From assembly GCF_001194135.2 (NCBI RefSeq), contig NC_068993.1:39112802-39159097 (forward strand): DNA of 46,296 nucleotides, in the 5' to 3' direction. This document shows positions 1-12,836 of this stretch, piece by piece (the stretch's first letter is position 1; each line of letters starts with the position of its first letter). Source of the stretch: Octopus bimaculoides. Taxonomy: Eukaryota. Under the pieces are notes generated by a model. It was given only the letters and a program-made list of their open reading frames with translations. It ran no database searches and was not told the origin of the DNA. Both the position numbers and the translations under genes were made by a program.

Positions 1-943
1 TATATATATATATATATATATATTCGTACATACATGCACTTCTATACACTATGTAGTTTGTCATATTTGATTGCTCGTTTAGCGGCATTCTACTTTATAT
101 AACAACGTTTCATTTATTTGACATTTTCAAGCAACTATTTTGCAGCTAGTCGTTCATCCATTAAATTCTCACTGAAAACTCAGCTAGATCCTTCCAAGAC
201 TTTTGTCTCGGGAAATACAAGAAAATGAAATATGAATAAAAAAAAAAGTTAAAATAGAAAAATTAGACATAAAACTCTCCCAAAAATAAACAAACAAAAA
301 GAAAGGAAAGAAAAAAATGTATGAAATAGTACATTTCGATAATATCAAATATTGTTTAATAAATGATAATCCAGTTCCATTATTGCTGGAATTAAGATGT
401 CTCCAGTGAGGCTTTTCCTGGCTTATTTTGGCTTGGTGGAAACCTAATTTGAATTTGTAATAAACATTATAAACAAATGTTTGTCAGAGAAATAAAGCTT
501 TCAGTCATTAATAAATGAATTAAAATGAATTTATAATTAGACTGCGACAACTGCAACAACAACAATAACAAGTACATTGTGATCGATGTCAATAAAGACC
601 GTTGAGAAAGACAATGACAGTTACAAATTAAGAAACAGCAGAAAACAATGGCAACAAAAGAAAACTACTATCACAATAACAACTTGGATGCCATTGAAGA
701 ATTTTTATTAATGGCACAAGGACACATATTTGAAGGAAAGGGAAGGTTTGATATGAATCAGAGATGGTATTTTATTTTAAGGATTCACAGAACAATGGAA
801 AGTAAATTTGACCTCGATAAGAATATAAACTTAGAATATAAAAGTACTTTTCGAAAGGGATCACATAAAGAATTTCAGTCAGTGCTTTACCGATTCTTCC
901 GCATAACAGACTTTTGCTTTATGTGCACTCTACGCACGTATAC

Positions 944-1176
944 GGCGGTGAGCTGGCAGAAACATTAGCACGCCGGGCGAAATGTTTAGCGGTATTTCGT
1001 CTGCCGTTACGTTCTGAGTTCAAATTCCGCCGAGGTCGACTTTGCCTTTCCTTCTCTCGGGGTCGATAAATAAAGTACCAGTTACGCACTGGGGTCGATG
1101 TGATCGACTTAATCCCTTTGTCTGTCCTTGTTTGTCCCCTCTATGTTTAGCCCCTTGCGGGCAATAAAAAAATAAG
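944..1176 (+). mobile_element. tRNA-headed SINE, family A, tail type 1, young copy
   Basis: Head GGCGGTGAGCTGGCAGAAACATTAGC, B-box-like GAGTTCAAATTCC, body GGGGTCGATAAATAAAGTACCAG, tail TTTGTCTGTCCTTGTTTGTCCCC...GGGCAATAAAAAAATA. Near-identical copies at 3075 and 23413-24578. Confidence 0.9.
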
Positions 1177-1360
1177 AATCGTTAGCACACAAAACAAAAT
1201 ACTTAGAGGCATTTCTTCTGAGTCTATATGGTCTGTGTTCAAATCTCACAGACGTTAACTTTGCCCTTCATGCCTTCGGGAACGGATTAAATAAAGTACC
1301 AGCAAAGTACAGGGGTCAGCGAAATCGACGTGTCTCTTTCTCAAAAAATCGCTGGCTTTG
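1177..1360 (+). mobile_element. SINE family A, older 5'-truncated copy fused to the tail of the previous copy
   Basis: Begins GAATCGTTAGCAC (mid-head); degenerate GTTCAAATC B-box, AAATAAAGTACCAG, GGGGTCAGCGAAATCGAC. Confidence 0.7.
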
Positions 1361-2107
1361 AATCACGAACAGACAGAGCTGTCCCGTTCTGGGGCATGTT
1401 GTGATCTTGTTCACTTACCACGAAAACCGAGTGACAAGACTGAAGAGTCCTAGTGGGTCCAGAAAAAATATATTGCATTTGAAGGAACCTTTACATAGCG
1501 GAGGCTGTAAAAGAGCTGGCGTCTCGAACAAACCGAACTTTTGCGCTATTACTAATATAATATATATTTTTTGACAAGAACTGAGAGCTTCTTATATATA
1601 AGATTAACGTGTTAATTACAATTAATTAAATATGGGAATAAAATACTAGTTCTTATTATTCTATCTTTCGCATTGAAATTTCAAAGATCCCAAATACATG
1701 AAATGGTGTTCCCAGAGAGCCAAGCTTGTCGGTACGTTTAGCCAGTTCTGGTTCTACGTTGTCATTCCAGTTTCTAGAAAGAAACCCCAGTTAGATCCTC
1801 TTCAAATTATACGCACCCACCCCCCAAAAAAAATAATAAAACGGGTATAGAACTACAAACAAAAAACATTATATCCTCCATCTTAATCAGGATTTCTTAG
1901 AGGAAAGTACACTTCACGAATTAATTTCAATGTAAATTTTCAAAGAACTTATTTCACGTCTTCCGACTCATGAAAGATGAAATTAACGTTGGCATGGTTT
2001 GAACTCGAAATGCAAAAGTACGAAATTAAATGCTATAAAACATTTATTTTAATATCTAACTGTTTCTGCCACTGTATACTCTTCACTCAATCACTTTTTC
2101 CATTTTA

Positions 2108-2282
2108 GGGGAGGGGACGAGTCGATCACATCGACCCCAGTACACAACTAGTACTTATTTTACCGACCCCGAAAGGATGAAAGTCGACCTCTGCGGAATT
2201 TGAACTCAAAAACGTAAAGGCGGACGAAATGATGTTAAGTATTTTGTCCGGCGAGCTAACTATTCTGCCAGCTCGGCGCCTT
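2108..2282 (-). mobile_element. SINE family A
   Basis: Reverse complement of the family-A head and body (GAATTTGAACTC, TTCTGCCAGCTCGGCGCC, GTCGATCACATCGACCCC). Confidence 0.85.
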
Positions 2283-3074
2283 TAACTGAAATAAAATATT
2301 GACCGTAATTCTATCGACCATAAAGAGAGCGGACTTCAGAAATATTTGAACACGGAATGAAGACAATGCTAATTAGTAAAAACCATTTAATTCAAAGCTC
2401 TACTAGACTTGGTCATGTACAAATACTACCATTCTACAATGCATGCATATTGGAGCCAATGGTGTGTACTAATGAAGACACTATTGCACAAATTGCCGGA
2501 AGACTTTCTAATGGAATTTCAATAGCACAATCAGAAGAAATTCCACAGAACAAGGTCACGTGTGTAGATGAAATAATACTAAGACCATCGCTGTTTAAGC
2601 TTTCATGGTGATGACGAGGAATCACAAGAGATATTCTGAAGATGAAGTTTTGCATGAGTACAGGCATCAAGTATGTCGCATGAATGTGATTTATTCTGAA
2701 TAACAAACATATCCATTGGATAGGAAAGCATAATAATGTCTCTAAAGTATCAAATTTGTTGTGCAAATGGAAAATTTAAGACAACTTCAAATTATTGGAA
2801 TTCCAACTTTATTGAATTTGGTTCAAATCAAATATATTCGAAGCTAAAGCGTATTCAAAGCTAGTATACAGCTTTAAGTTTCATCTCAAGAAAGGAGAAT
2901 TATACTCAGGATTTGACCTAAATCTAAGATGGCCAATACTCATGAAGGTTCAAGGTATTGTATATTGACGTTTGTCAACTGAACTATTTTCTGCCTCTGA
3001 ACAAACAGACTCGCTAGCCTAAATTGACATAAACGATATACACGTTTATCTCAGTAATTAGTAAACAAAACCAA

Positions 3075-3288
3075 GGCTGCGAGATGGCAGAAACGTTAGC
3101 ACGCTGCGTGAAATGCTTAGCGGTATTTCGTCTGTCTTTACGTTCTGAGTTCAAATTCCGCCGAGGTCGACTTTGCCTTTCATCCTTTCGGGGTTCGATA
3201 AATTAAGTACCTGTTGCGTACTGAGATCGATCTAATCGACTGACTCCCTTCCCCAAAATATCGGGCCTTGTGCCTAGAGTAGAAAATA
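3075..3288 (+). mobile_element. SINE family A, tail type 2
   Basis: Head GGCTGCGAGATGGCAGAAACGTTAGCACG, GAGTTCAAATTCCGCCGAGGTCGAC, tail CCCCAAAATATCGGGCCTTGTGCCTAGAGTAGAAAA. Confidence 0.9.
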
Positions 3289-3294
3289 ATTAAA

Positions 3295-3766
<472 letters not shown>

Positions 3767-4247
3767 CCTTCCTCTAACGTTGTCTAAAATCTAAAAAGAA
3801 CAAGCAAGATAACTCATTCGAAATTTTTTTTCAGGCAATGCAGAAATGTGTTTTTTATTACTAATATTGTTGATATACATATAATGAACGTCATTACACA
3901 TACACAAATTCACACACACACACACACACACGTATATATATAAATATTGCCAATTGAATAAAGTATACTTCACTACGGGGAGTTAATAAGACTGAAGCAT
4001 ATATTTTATTTTCGCCAGTTAGCTTTAAGGGATAAATCCACTGCAATTTCTATTTATATTTCCAGAAATTAAATTAAATAATCATACTGGAGTTATCTTT
4101 GCTTTAAACATATCTTGAGAGAGTTTTTCTAACTAACTGCTTGAATAATCCGACTGAAGATTACTAATATGAGAGTCTGAACTATGTGTATTTAAAATGT
4201 AGAAGTTTTCCGCTGGTGTATTTTTCCTTAGCCATGTAATTAATTGT

Positions 4248-4483
4248 GGAGGCACATGGATTAGTGGTTAGGGTGTTGGACTCATGATCATAAGAATGTG
4301 GTTTCGATTCCTAGACCGAGTGATGCGTTGTTTTCTTGACCAAAACTCCTCATTTTACGTTGCTCCAGTCCACTCAGCTGGTAAAAATTAGTAATCCTGC
4401 GACTGACCGGTCTCCCGTCCAGGGAGGAATATACAGGCCTAAAGAAAGCGGGAAACCTATGCTCCTTATGGAGTAATATGGAC
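4248..4483 (+). mobile_element. tRNA-headed SINE family C (CORE-like plus V-domain-like)
   Basis: GGAGGCACATGGATTAGTGGTTAGGG A-box, GGTTTCGATTCC B-box, CCTGCGACTGACCGGTCTCCCGTCCAGGG. Related to 7068-7348. Confidence 0.7.
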
Positions 4484-4768
4484 TAAACATGTATTAGTTA
4501 ATAACGTACCACATATAATCTCACTTACCACTGTAAATGGGAAAATTTGTATTTGTTCGTTGGTAATTACGAAGGAACAGCTATTTCTGAAATGGGAGCT
4601 GCTCTAGTCGGAAGAGAAGAAATGAACAGAAAGCATCGTGACATTGTTTAATGAAAATCTTAAGTGAAGAATTAACCAACCGTATCGAAGTGTTCCAATG
4701 ATCTTCGCTTTCTTTCTTTTTGTTTCTTTTGTTTATGTTGTTGTAGTTCTGAAGAAGTGGGAAGTATT

Positions 4769-4980
4769 GATTTCAAATTTTGGCTCAAGGCTAGCAATTT
4801 CAAAGGATATGGTAAATCGATTATATCGAGCACAGTGGTCAACTGGTACTTATTTTATCGACCCAGAAAGGATGAAAAGCAAATTGACCTCAGTGAAATT
4901 TGAACTCAGAATGTGAAGACATACGAAATGCTACTAAGCATTTTGCTCGGCGTGTTAACGATTTTGCCAACTCGCCACTT
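4769..4980 (-). mobile_element. SINE family A, tail type 3
   Basis: Reverse complement of the family-A consensus; tail matches 24381-24578 and 37406-37591. Confidence 0.85.
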
Positions 4981-5001
4981 TAGAAGGGGGGGGGGGATAT
5001 C

Positions 5002-5216
5002 GGTTTCCAAATTTTGGCACAAGGCCAGCAATTTTGGGGGAGCGGGTAAGTTGATTACAGCGAGCCCAGTGTTCAACTGATACTTATTTTATCGACCCCG
5101 AAAGGATGAAAGGCAGAGTCGATCTCGACAGAATTTGAACTCAGGAGGTAAAGACAGACGAAATGCCGCTAAGCATTTTACTCGGCATGCTAACGACTCT
5201 GCCAGCACGCCGCCTT
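5002..5216 (-). mobile_element. SINE family A, tail type 3, second of a tandem pair
   Basis: Reverse complement of the family-A consensus; TTAGAAG on both flanks (about 4980 and 5215), a possible TSD. Confidence 0.85.
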
Positions 5217-6774
5217 AGAAGAGGAAAATAGTGCGACATGGTATTCATTAGTGTGAAAAACATTTAACAAATGACGTAATTTAATTAGAAGATTGTACTG
5301 CAGAGGACTCTTGATTATGTTGGCTTAAACAAACTAGAGAAAGATGGATTCCTAAAGAGAGGTGAATTATTATGTTCAGAAGAAAATTAAATGGATCGGA
5401 TGAAACTAATTAGAAAGGAATATGCTTAAAAGGTATTTATACGTTGAAGGATTACGGTTCCAGTAGGTTAGAAGGTGTCACTCCAAATGACTTCATCGGT
5501 AGCTATGTTTGTTGTGCTTCCATTTATCTTCTCAGCTGGGGATCAGCAAAAGACTTTAGCGATGGTGAGCGATCTCCTTTGCTCTGGAAAACCAAATCCG
5601 TTCATGAAATTTACCTGTGATCCAGTTCGAGGATAATAAATTTGAAACGGAAGAAGTTATCCAGAGACTATATGAAGAACATTGTGTTTGGTAACGTCAA
5701 AGTCATAGTTTATTTAATCGAATTCTTGAAGAGAGTTGAGTTGTTCAACATGCATATTTGCTGATAATCCTGGAACAAGAAGATAAACTTCAGACAGAAT
5801 ATTTCAATGTCTTGTTTCTGAGGAGTTTCCACATATTAGCAGAAACTATTTTAAAGCGTTCGTTTCATCGTTCCTGCAATATTCGCCTGGCAAAAATAAA
5901 GTGCAATTGTAGAGATGAAATATTAAAAAAAGTGAGTGTTTATATCTTCAGGAATTTATCACGGTAATGACTTGACCTAATATACAGCATTCAATGAATG
6001 GGTTTACAGATAATTAACGAGTTGTGCCATGATATTCATGCTGCGCCAAATAAACGGGAAAAGATAAATGAAGTGTTTGGAAGTTCATTTTATACTGCAA
6101 ATTCCAGAGACCAAGTAATCTATCTCTACCAATGTGGTTGCTAATTCTATAAATGTGAAAAATTATCGATATATTTGATGAACCAACCACTTACAAAAGG
6201 AATGAATCCTAATATGATGAACCTAAACATCTGTAGAATTATCGAATGGTGCTTCTAAACACACGTAGCTTTTATGGAAGGTCTTTCCTACATTCTTCCG
6301 ACCGTGAAAAAGGAATGTGTTTTCATATACTATAGCAGAATTTGAATAAATATGATAGACAATCCCCAAAACATTTCAAATAACCTCATGGCATGAACGT
6401 ATAATTGTTGGTCACATTGTTATATAAGATGAACATTATAGAAAACATGTTATTGAACAGAGAATTAAAAGGAAACATGACATCTAGCTGCTATTCACCC
6501 TTACGCGATGACGACTTCCAGCTGAGTTGTGTTTGCAATGGTCATCAGTAAATTTAGGTGTCAATAACCGGATAAAAGCGTTGTTTGCCCCCAAGTAATA
6601 TTCGCAAAGAGAATTGTATGTAAATTCGACAACAACTGCTCAGAGGGTTGCTGGTAAACGGGAAACAATAAAAGATGGGATTAATATTGCTTTCACTCAG
6701 TTATACAAAGTGTCAAAACTTTGTTCTTAACGTCATCCGCATATATATTATGTACGCATTCTTGTTTAGATGTG

Positions 6775-6811
<37 letters not shown>

Positions 6812-6889
6812 GTATATATANNNNNNNNNNNNNNNNNNNNNNNNNNNNNNNNNNNNNNNNNNNNNNNNNNNNNNNNNNNNNTATATATA

Positions 6890-7569
6890 GGTGCAGGAGT
6901 GGCAGTGTGGTAAGTAGCTTGCTTGCCAACCACATAGTTCCGGGTTCAGTCCCACTGCGTGGCACCTTGGGCAAGTGTTTTCTACTATAGCCTCGGGCAG
7001 ACCAAAGCCTTGTCAGTGGATTTGGTAGACGGAAACTGAAAGAAGCCCGTAGTATATATATATATTATTTTTGCGACCTGGTTTCCCGGTTTCTATGGCA
7101 TATGTGTTCCCTCCCAGCTGGACGAGACGCCAGTCCATTGCAGCGTTACTCAAGAAACAGGAAGAAAGAGTGAGAGAAAGTTGCGGCGAAAGAGTACAAC
7201 AGAGGTCGCTACCATCCCCTCACGGAGCATCGTGGAGCTTTAGGTGTTTTTGCTCAATAAATACACACAACGCCCGGTCTGCGAATCGAAACCGCGATCC
7301 TACGACCGCGTGTCCGCTGCCCTAACCACAGGGCCATTGCGCCTCCACACATATATGTTTGTGGGTCGGTGTTTGTCCTCACAGAATCGCTTGACAACTG
7401 ATGTTGGTGTGTTTACGTCCCCGTAACTTAGCGGTTAGGCAAAAGAGACCGATACAAGAAGCACTAGGCTTGCAAAGAACAAGTCCTGGGGTCAATTTGC
7501 TCGACTAAAGGTGGTGCTTCAGCATGGCCACAGTCAATTGACTGAAACAAGTAAAAGAATAAAAGAATA
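6890..7569 (+). mobile_element. SINE family B, split by a nested family-C SINE
   Basis: 5' half at 6890-7060 and 3' half at 7350-7569 both match the family-B consensus. Confidence 0.9.
7068..7348 (-). mobile_element. SINE family C nested in the microsatellite of a family-B SINE
   Basis: Minus strand reads GTGGAGGCGCAATGGCCCTGTGGTTAGGG...GGTTTCGATTCG...CTGCAATGGACTGGCGTCTCGTCCAGC...GAAACCGGGAAACC. Confidence 0.8.
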
Positions 7570-8227
7570 TACCATCTACACTTAATTTACAAACTCTTGC
7601 AAATATACGTTTTCATATCACAAAAGAAGAAATCTTTTGTTTAAACACTTCAGTTAATTCAGTATGCATACATATACACATACGTGTATAAATACGTATA
7701 AAACACACACACACATTATATATATATATATATATATATGTACGTACATGTACACCGACATATACGTTGATATGTGCAATGCAAGAAAAGAAGGACGAAG
7801 GGATATAAAGGAACAATGAAGACCTACGTAGCAAATCGTACCGTGCAATATTCCAAGAAATACAAAGGCTTTAAGATTAAAAAGAAAGTTAACGAATTAA
7901 CAATAAAAGAAAGTTACAGTTCCTTGTTAAAATCTCGTCCGAGAAGACATTGCACTTGACTTACTATTTTCTCAAGTGCAAACAGCAGATTTTCAAAACA
8001 ACATTGATAGTCGTTCATTCATTCTTTACTATTACCATCATCATCGTCGTCATCATCATTGTATTCAAATATATTTCACGCATATACATACGTGCGTGTC
8101 TCTATGAACATATATATATATATATATTTAGACATCTACATTTATATTTAATATATATACATGTGTGTATGTAAGTATGTATATGTCTGTATGTATGTAT
8201 TAAATATTATATATATACATGTATATG

Positions 8228-8271
<44 letters not shown>

Positions 8272-8981
8272 GCGCGCATCGCTGATTTAAAAATTTTGAA
8301 GTATTTTCATTCATTTTCTTTTTTCTATTTAGCATGAGAAAAAATGCTGTTTTGTCACGTTAATTCTTTGGAAATCACTTGAAAGTAAGTAAATTAGAAA
8401 GTCTACAGCGATAACAATAAAGAGACATTTAAAGAAAAAATTGAAATACAGAAAATAAAAAGGAAATGGAACTAGAGAAAGATACCAATTCCTTGAAACA
8501 GTGACGAACCATAAAGGCTGAATTGAGTAAAGAAAGAAAAAACTATTTTCGTTACATCTTTAAGGTACTTTTTTTTATTTCAATAAAAACCTGGTGCAAT
8601 ATTCTATTCTTTCGTAAGCTCTGGTAGCATAAACACGTCTGAAAGCTGTAACAATAGCTACAAGTATAGACATAGCCACAACAACAACGACAAAAACAGG
8701 AGCAACAATTATCACAAATGTAATTACAAATATTTGGCTTCAGTTAGGTCGTGGTGAATAGCGTATACAATTGACGAAGAGGTTTTATTTTGGTGAAAAA
8801 AATTATAATTTTAATGAGTTATATGCAGAGTCAGCACTTGCTGTATCGATTTATATTTGAAGTGAGTCAGTAAAACGATGAGGTAAGACTATGTTTGGAA
8901 GTTACGAAACAAAATATCTGTGCATTCAATCACAAGACTAGAAAATAAATTGAGTAGCAAAGTGTGTTTGTAGATTATATT

Positions 8982-9199
8982 CGAGAGGGTGCCGAAAGGT
9001 TCCTGGTTTTGGGTAAAATAAAATACAGGAGGATCAGTTAATTATGATTTTATTCAACATATTCTCCTCTAAGATTCACACACTTATTGCAGCGGTCCTT
9101 TTGTTTTTCTAAGCCCTGTTAAAAGGACTCGGAAGATTGGGCCTGCCGTGAAGCCTTTCATGATACCCTTAAAGCCAGGAACTTTCCAGCACCCTTTTG
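8982..9199. mobile_element. Tc1/mariner-type MITE (about 220 bp)
   Basis: Left CGAGAGGGTGCCGAAAGGTTCCTGGTTTT and right AAAGCCAGGAACTTTCCAGCACCCTT are imperfect inverted repeats; TA follows the right end. Confidence 0.75.
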
Positions 9200-12100
9200 T
9201 AAACAAGATTACTTCGTTGAATCACTTCGCCACACAAGCACCTACAAAAAACTACAACTGCCACTAATCGAATATATATTTTCATTTAACTCTAACTGTA
9301 TAAAAAAAAGTATAACTTTAAAAAGCTCCGTGCTAAACTAATAATCACCGAAAGCTTATAGAGAGCTGACCTTTTGTACTTTCAAGCTACGCTAGTACCA
9401 GCTCAAATAGAAGCTAAGGAACGGCGTTATCAAGTTACATTTGGAGCCTAGAAACCAGGGAATTCCATAAACCTATGATGAAACATACCACTTTGGGCAC
9501 ACTCGTAGTCACGTAACAATAAATTCTGCATCAAATGTACAGCCGAAAGTATGCAGATTCTCATTTCTGGAGAAACAATTCTGGGAAACTACGGCCTACA
9601 TATACAAAACTTTAACATTTTGCAAACACTATATGCCGTTCATATACTCCAGAGATATCACAGCTAACAGGTATATATACTTCCAAGAATGGCTGAGTCG
9701 ACCACATACAAAGCTTTAATTGAGCACTAAATTTATCTGGAAATGTTTAAATATTTAGAATCTGACACCAGTAAAAATATATATGTGTGTGTGTGCATAA
9801 GTTTATGTGTGTACTTGTATGTGTCTGTATGTATGTATGTATGTATGCCTCCGTGTTTATAGTAGCAGTAGTTATGTATTTGCGTTATTGTTATCGCTGA
9901 TAGCATTCCAGTAACTTTTTGTTCGGAGTTTCACGACTCTGTTTTTAGAGAAATCCTTCGTTTGTCTTATTTATCAGCATGGTTCATCTTTTTACTGATT
10001 CTGGTTTCTGTATGATGTAATCGCTTGTTATCGTATAACAAAGCTCACCAACGATTTTATATATACATATATATGTGTGTGTGTGTGTGTACTCTCTCAC
10101 ACACATGTATACACAATCCCCACCCATATATAATGCCTATGGCCTCACCGATCAATCACTATTTGTATTTACTCATTTAACTTCTGAAGAGAAGTTAAAT
10201 ACTTCAATACTTCTCCAATACTTTTCGTTCTTTCTCCACCATATTCTGGAATTCTCTTCCCACTCAAGCTTTTTTTCTGAGAACATTAATCAAAAGATTC
10301 ATTAACATTATTATATGAAATAGATGCCTGAAAAATGCTTTGCAATAGAGAATTTAAGAAAAATAACTAAAAGAAAAATTATCGTATTACCTTATTGTTC
10401 TTGAAAATAGACTGATAACAGTATGGAACAATACTAGCTTGGGCAGACTCGTAGTTAGATAGCAAAAGACCCTGCAACCCCTGTACAACTGAATGTATAT
10501 TGGTTCTCGTGCCTAAGAAAATAACCCTCAATAAACTTCCTGCGCCAAATACCTCCTACATGCATAAGACATTGGTTGTTTAATAATCTTATAATATTTT
10601 GAGAAAGATTCCCCTTTGGGAATAGAGAATGAAAATAATCAAAGAGTTCAGAGGAGTGTGTCGATAGCGGTAGGCTACTCTAGAGTTATCAACATTAACG
10701 TGAAGTTCAAATTAGACATCAACCGTATCATTCTCACCCATCTGAAATATTCTTCAATGAGATGAGGCATTCCCTTCCTTTTTGGATTAACTTATAAAGA
10801 AACTGATTCTAAGCTCCAGTATTAGGTTCCAACACTGTTGATATAGCAACACTGATGCTGGTTATTTGCATTAACATTAAATATAATAAAATTGGCATTT
10901 TCTTTTTTTTTTGGGGGGGGGGGTCTCGATATTTTTGTTCATATTCTTTTGTGCTGTTTTTCAAATGTTATAAAGTTATATACTCGAACCCACTTTTAGC
11001 ATTCTGTTTCTGAATATATTCCAGTACGAAATATAGGTTTAAGCTACTGGATGACTTTCTGTGAATGTAATAACGCAGGTTTAGTGTCAGGGTGCTGAAC
11101 AGATGTTAAATACATCTGTCCCATTGGATAGAATACCAGATCACAAATTGCATTCCTTAATGATCTGGTACCTATTTCCAAACATCAAAATAAACTGATG
11201 ATGTATGTACAATTGAAGGCGTTGGCCCTATGAACTATAAAATGTCTGCAGAAGTATGTTGGGGTTTAAACACAATCCTTTGGGCTGATAGTCTGGAACC
11301 CATGACTTTTATGGTTTTGCAGCCAATATAAGTACTATTTGCTTCAGTTAAAACTATCCTAGCTGTGATTTGAATAAAAGACCTAGAATCTCATGCTAGA
11401 TGAGTTCAAAATATAGACCGCGAGTTCAATCTGAGACAAAGAACACGAATATTGATACAAATAGATGTACAAATATATAAAAATTTGTATACAAAGACGA
11501 CAGAAGAATACATAGATCAGAAGAGAGTATAAGAAAACAGACATACAAAAGATGAAATTAATTGTCTGGAAAAATGACACACTACTCTAAGAACGACTAT
11601 ATGAAACTTTTTTCATGGCGTCTACATTCTTGACATTGGAATTATCGGTAAGTATGTAATAATTTATTTGGTGCTATCGATTTTAGGGAAAAATCACTCT
11701 TTAACTGTTGATTATGCTGATTAATGATTCATGAATAACACAAATATAATTACAATGATAAAATACATTGATAAATATGTGATAATTCTTTTGATAAAAT
11801 CTGTTGATAGATAAATCTATTGATAAATAATTCGAAGCAGTTTATGTATTTGCAGGCTATCATAAAAAAATTACCGCCTGCTACAATATTTTCATGCTAC
11901 TCTAGACATATCAATTTTAGATAAAACAAAGCCACTCAGATGACTGATGTTAGCTTCATACTGTTATTAGCTTATTTTCTAGCAAGATTAGTAATAACTA
12001 CATAATTGGCTAAATAATAATGATTTCAACTTAAGGAATGACAGAAATAATGCCTTCAGCCTAAATTTCTTGTATAAAGTTTACACTTTTTTTTCGTTAT

Positions 12101-12659
12101 ACGTCTTTTTTGTGTGTTTTGTTTGTTATATCAGAAAATGGTTTCGTCGGAACCAATGATAAAGATTTATGGCAGGAATTGTAATAGTCACTTACCTGAA
12201 AGAGAATCGAGTTTAAATCTCTGGAATAATGCCACCTCTTACAATTATGTTTCATAAATAATAAGAATTTTAACCTCTTTTGTTTGTGGAAATCAGAAAA
12301 ATAGAACCAGATAGTGGAAATTCTTCCCTCGAAACCCCGAAGATTTTTTTTTTCCTTTTTATCTTTTCGATCTAAATCATGCGCAAGCAATAATTATGTC
12401 TTCGAATCAAGAACGAGGTCAAAATTTTGTAGGAGCTGGGTTGGGCTGATTCAATATATTTCAGTAGTACCGACTTTATTGCCCTCGAGTGAGGTTTAAG
12501 AACAACAATGTTGATTCCCATAGGATTTGAACCGTAAACAATGGAAGATGAAATTGAAATGCTGTAAAAGATTTTAGTCTTCTCTGTCTATCATACAAGT
12601 AATATTGATTTCTTTAACACAAGATTAGTGTTCTTCAAGACTGGAAGGAAGGAATAGTT

Positions 12660-12810
12660 GCAGGTATGGGTTTGTGGTTAAGACCGTGGCTTTGTAACCA
12701 CGTGGTCTTGGGTTCAGCCTCACTGCATAGCACCTTTTACTATAACCCCGGGGCAGACAAGAGACTTGTAAGTGGATTTGGTAAATGGAAACTGAAAGAT
12801 ACCCGTGTCA
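12660..12810 (+). mobile_element. SINE family B, 5' half, diverged
   Basis: GGTCTTGGGTTCAGCCTCACTGC...GTGGATTTGGTAAATGGAAACTGAAAG followed by (TATG)n. Confidence 0.75.
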
Positions 12811-12836
12811 TATGTATGTATGTATGTATGTATGTA

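Noticed and set aside
648-968. 106-aa ORF
   Set aside because: No recognisable motif; it starts in an (AAC)-rich stretch and runs into a SINE head.
10400-11400. Possible Penelope-like RT or GIY-YIG relic (plus LLDDFL; minus STYIGCKT)
   Set aside because: The hints lie on opposite strands and are only a few residues long, which is not enough to call.
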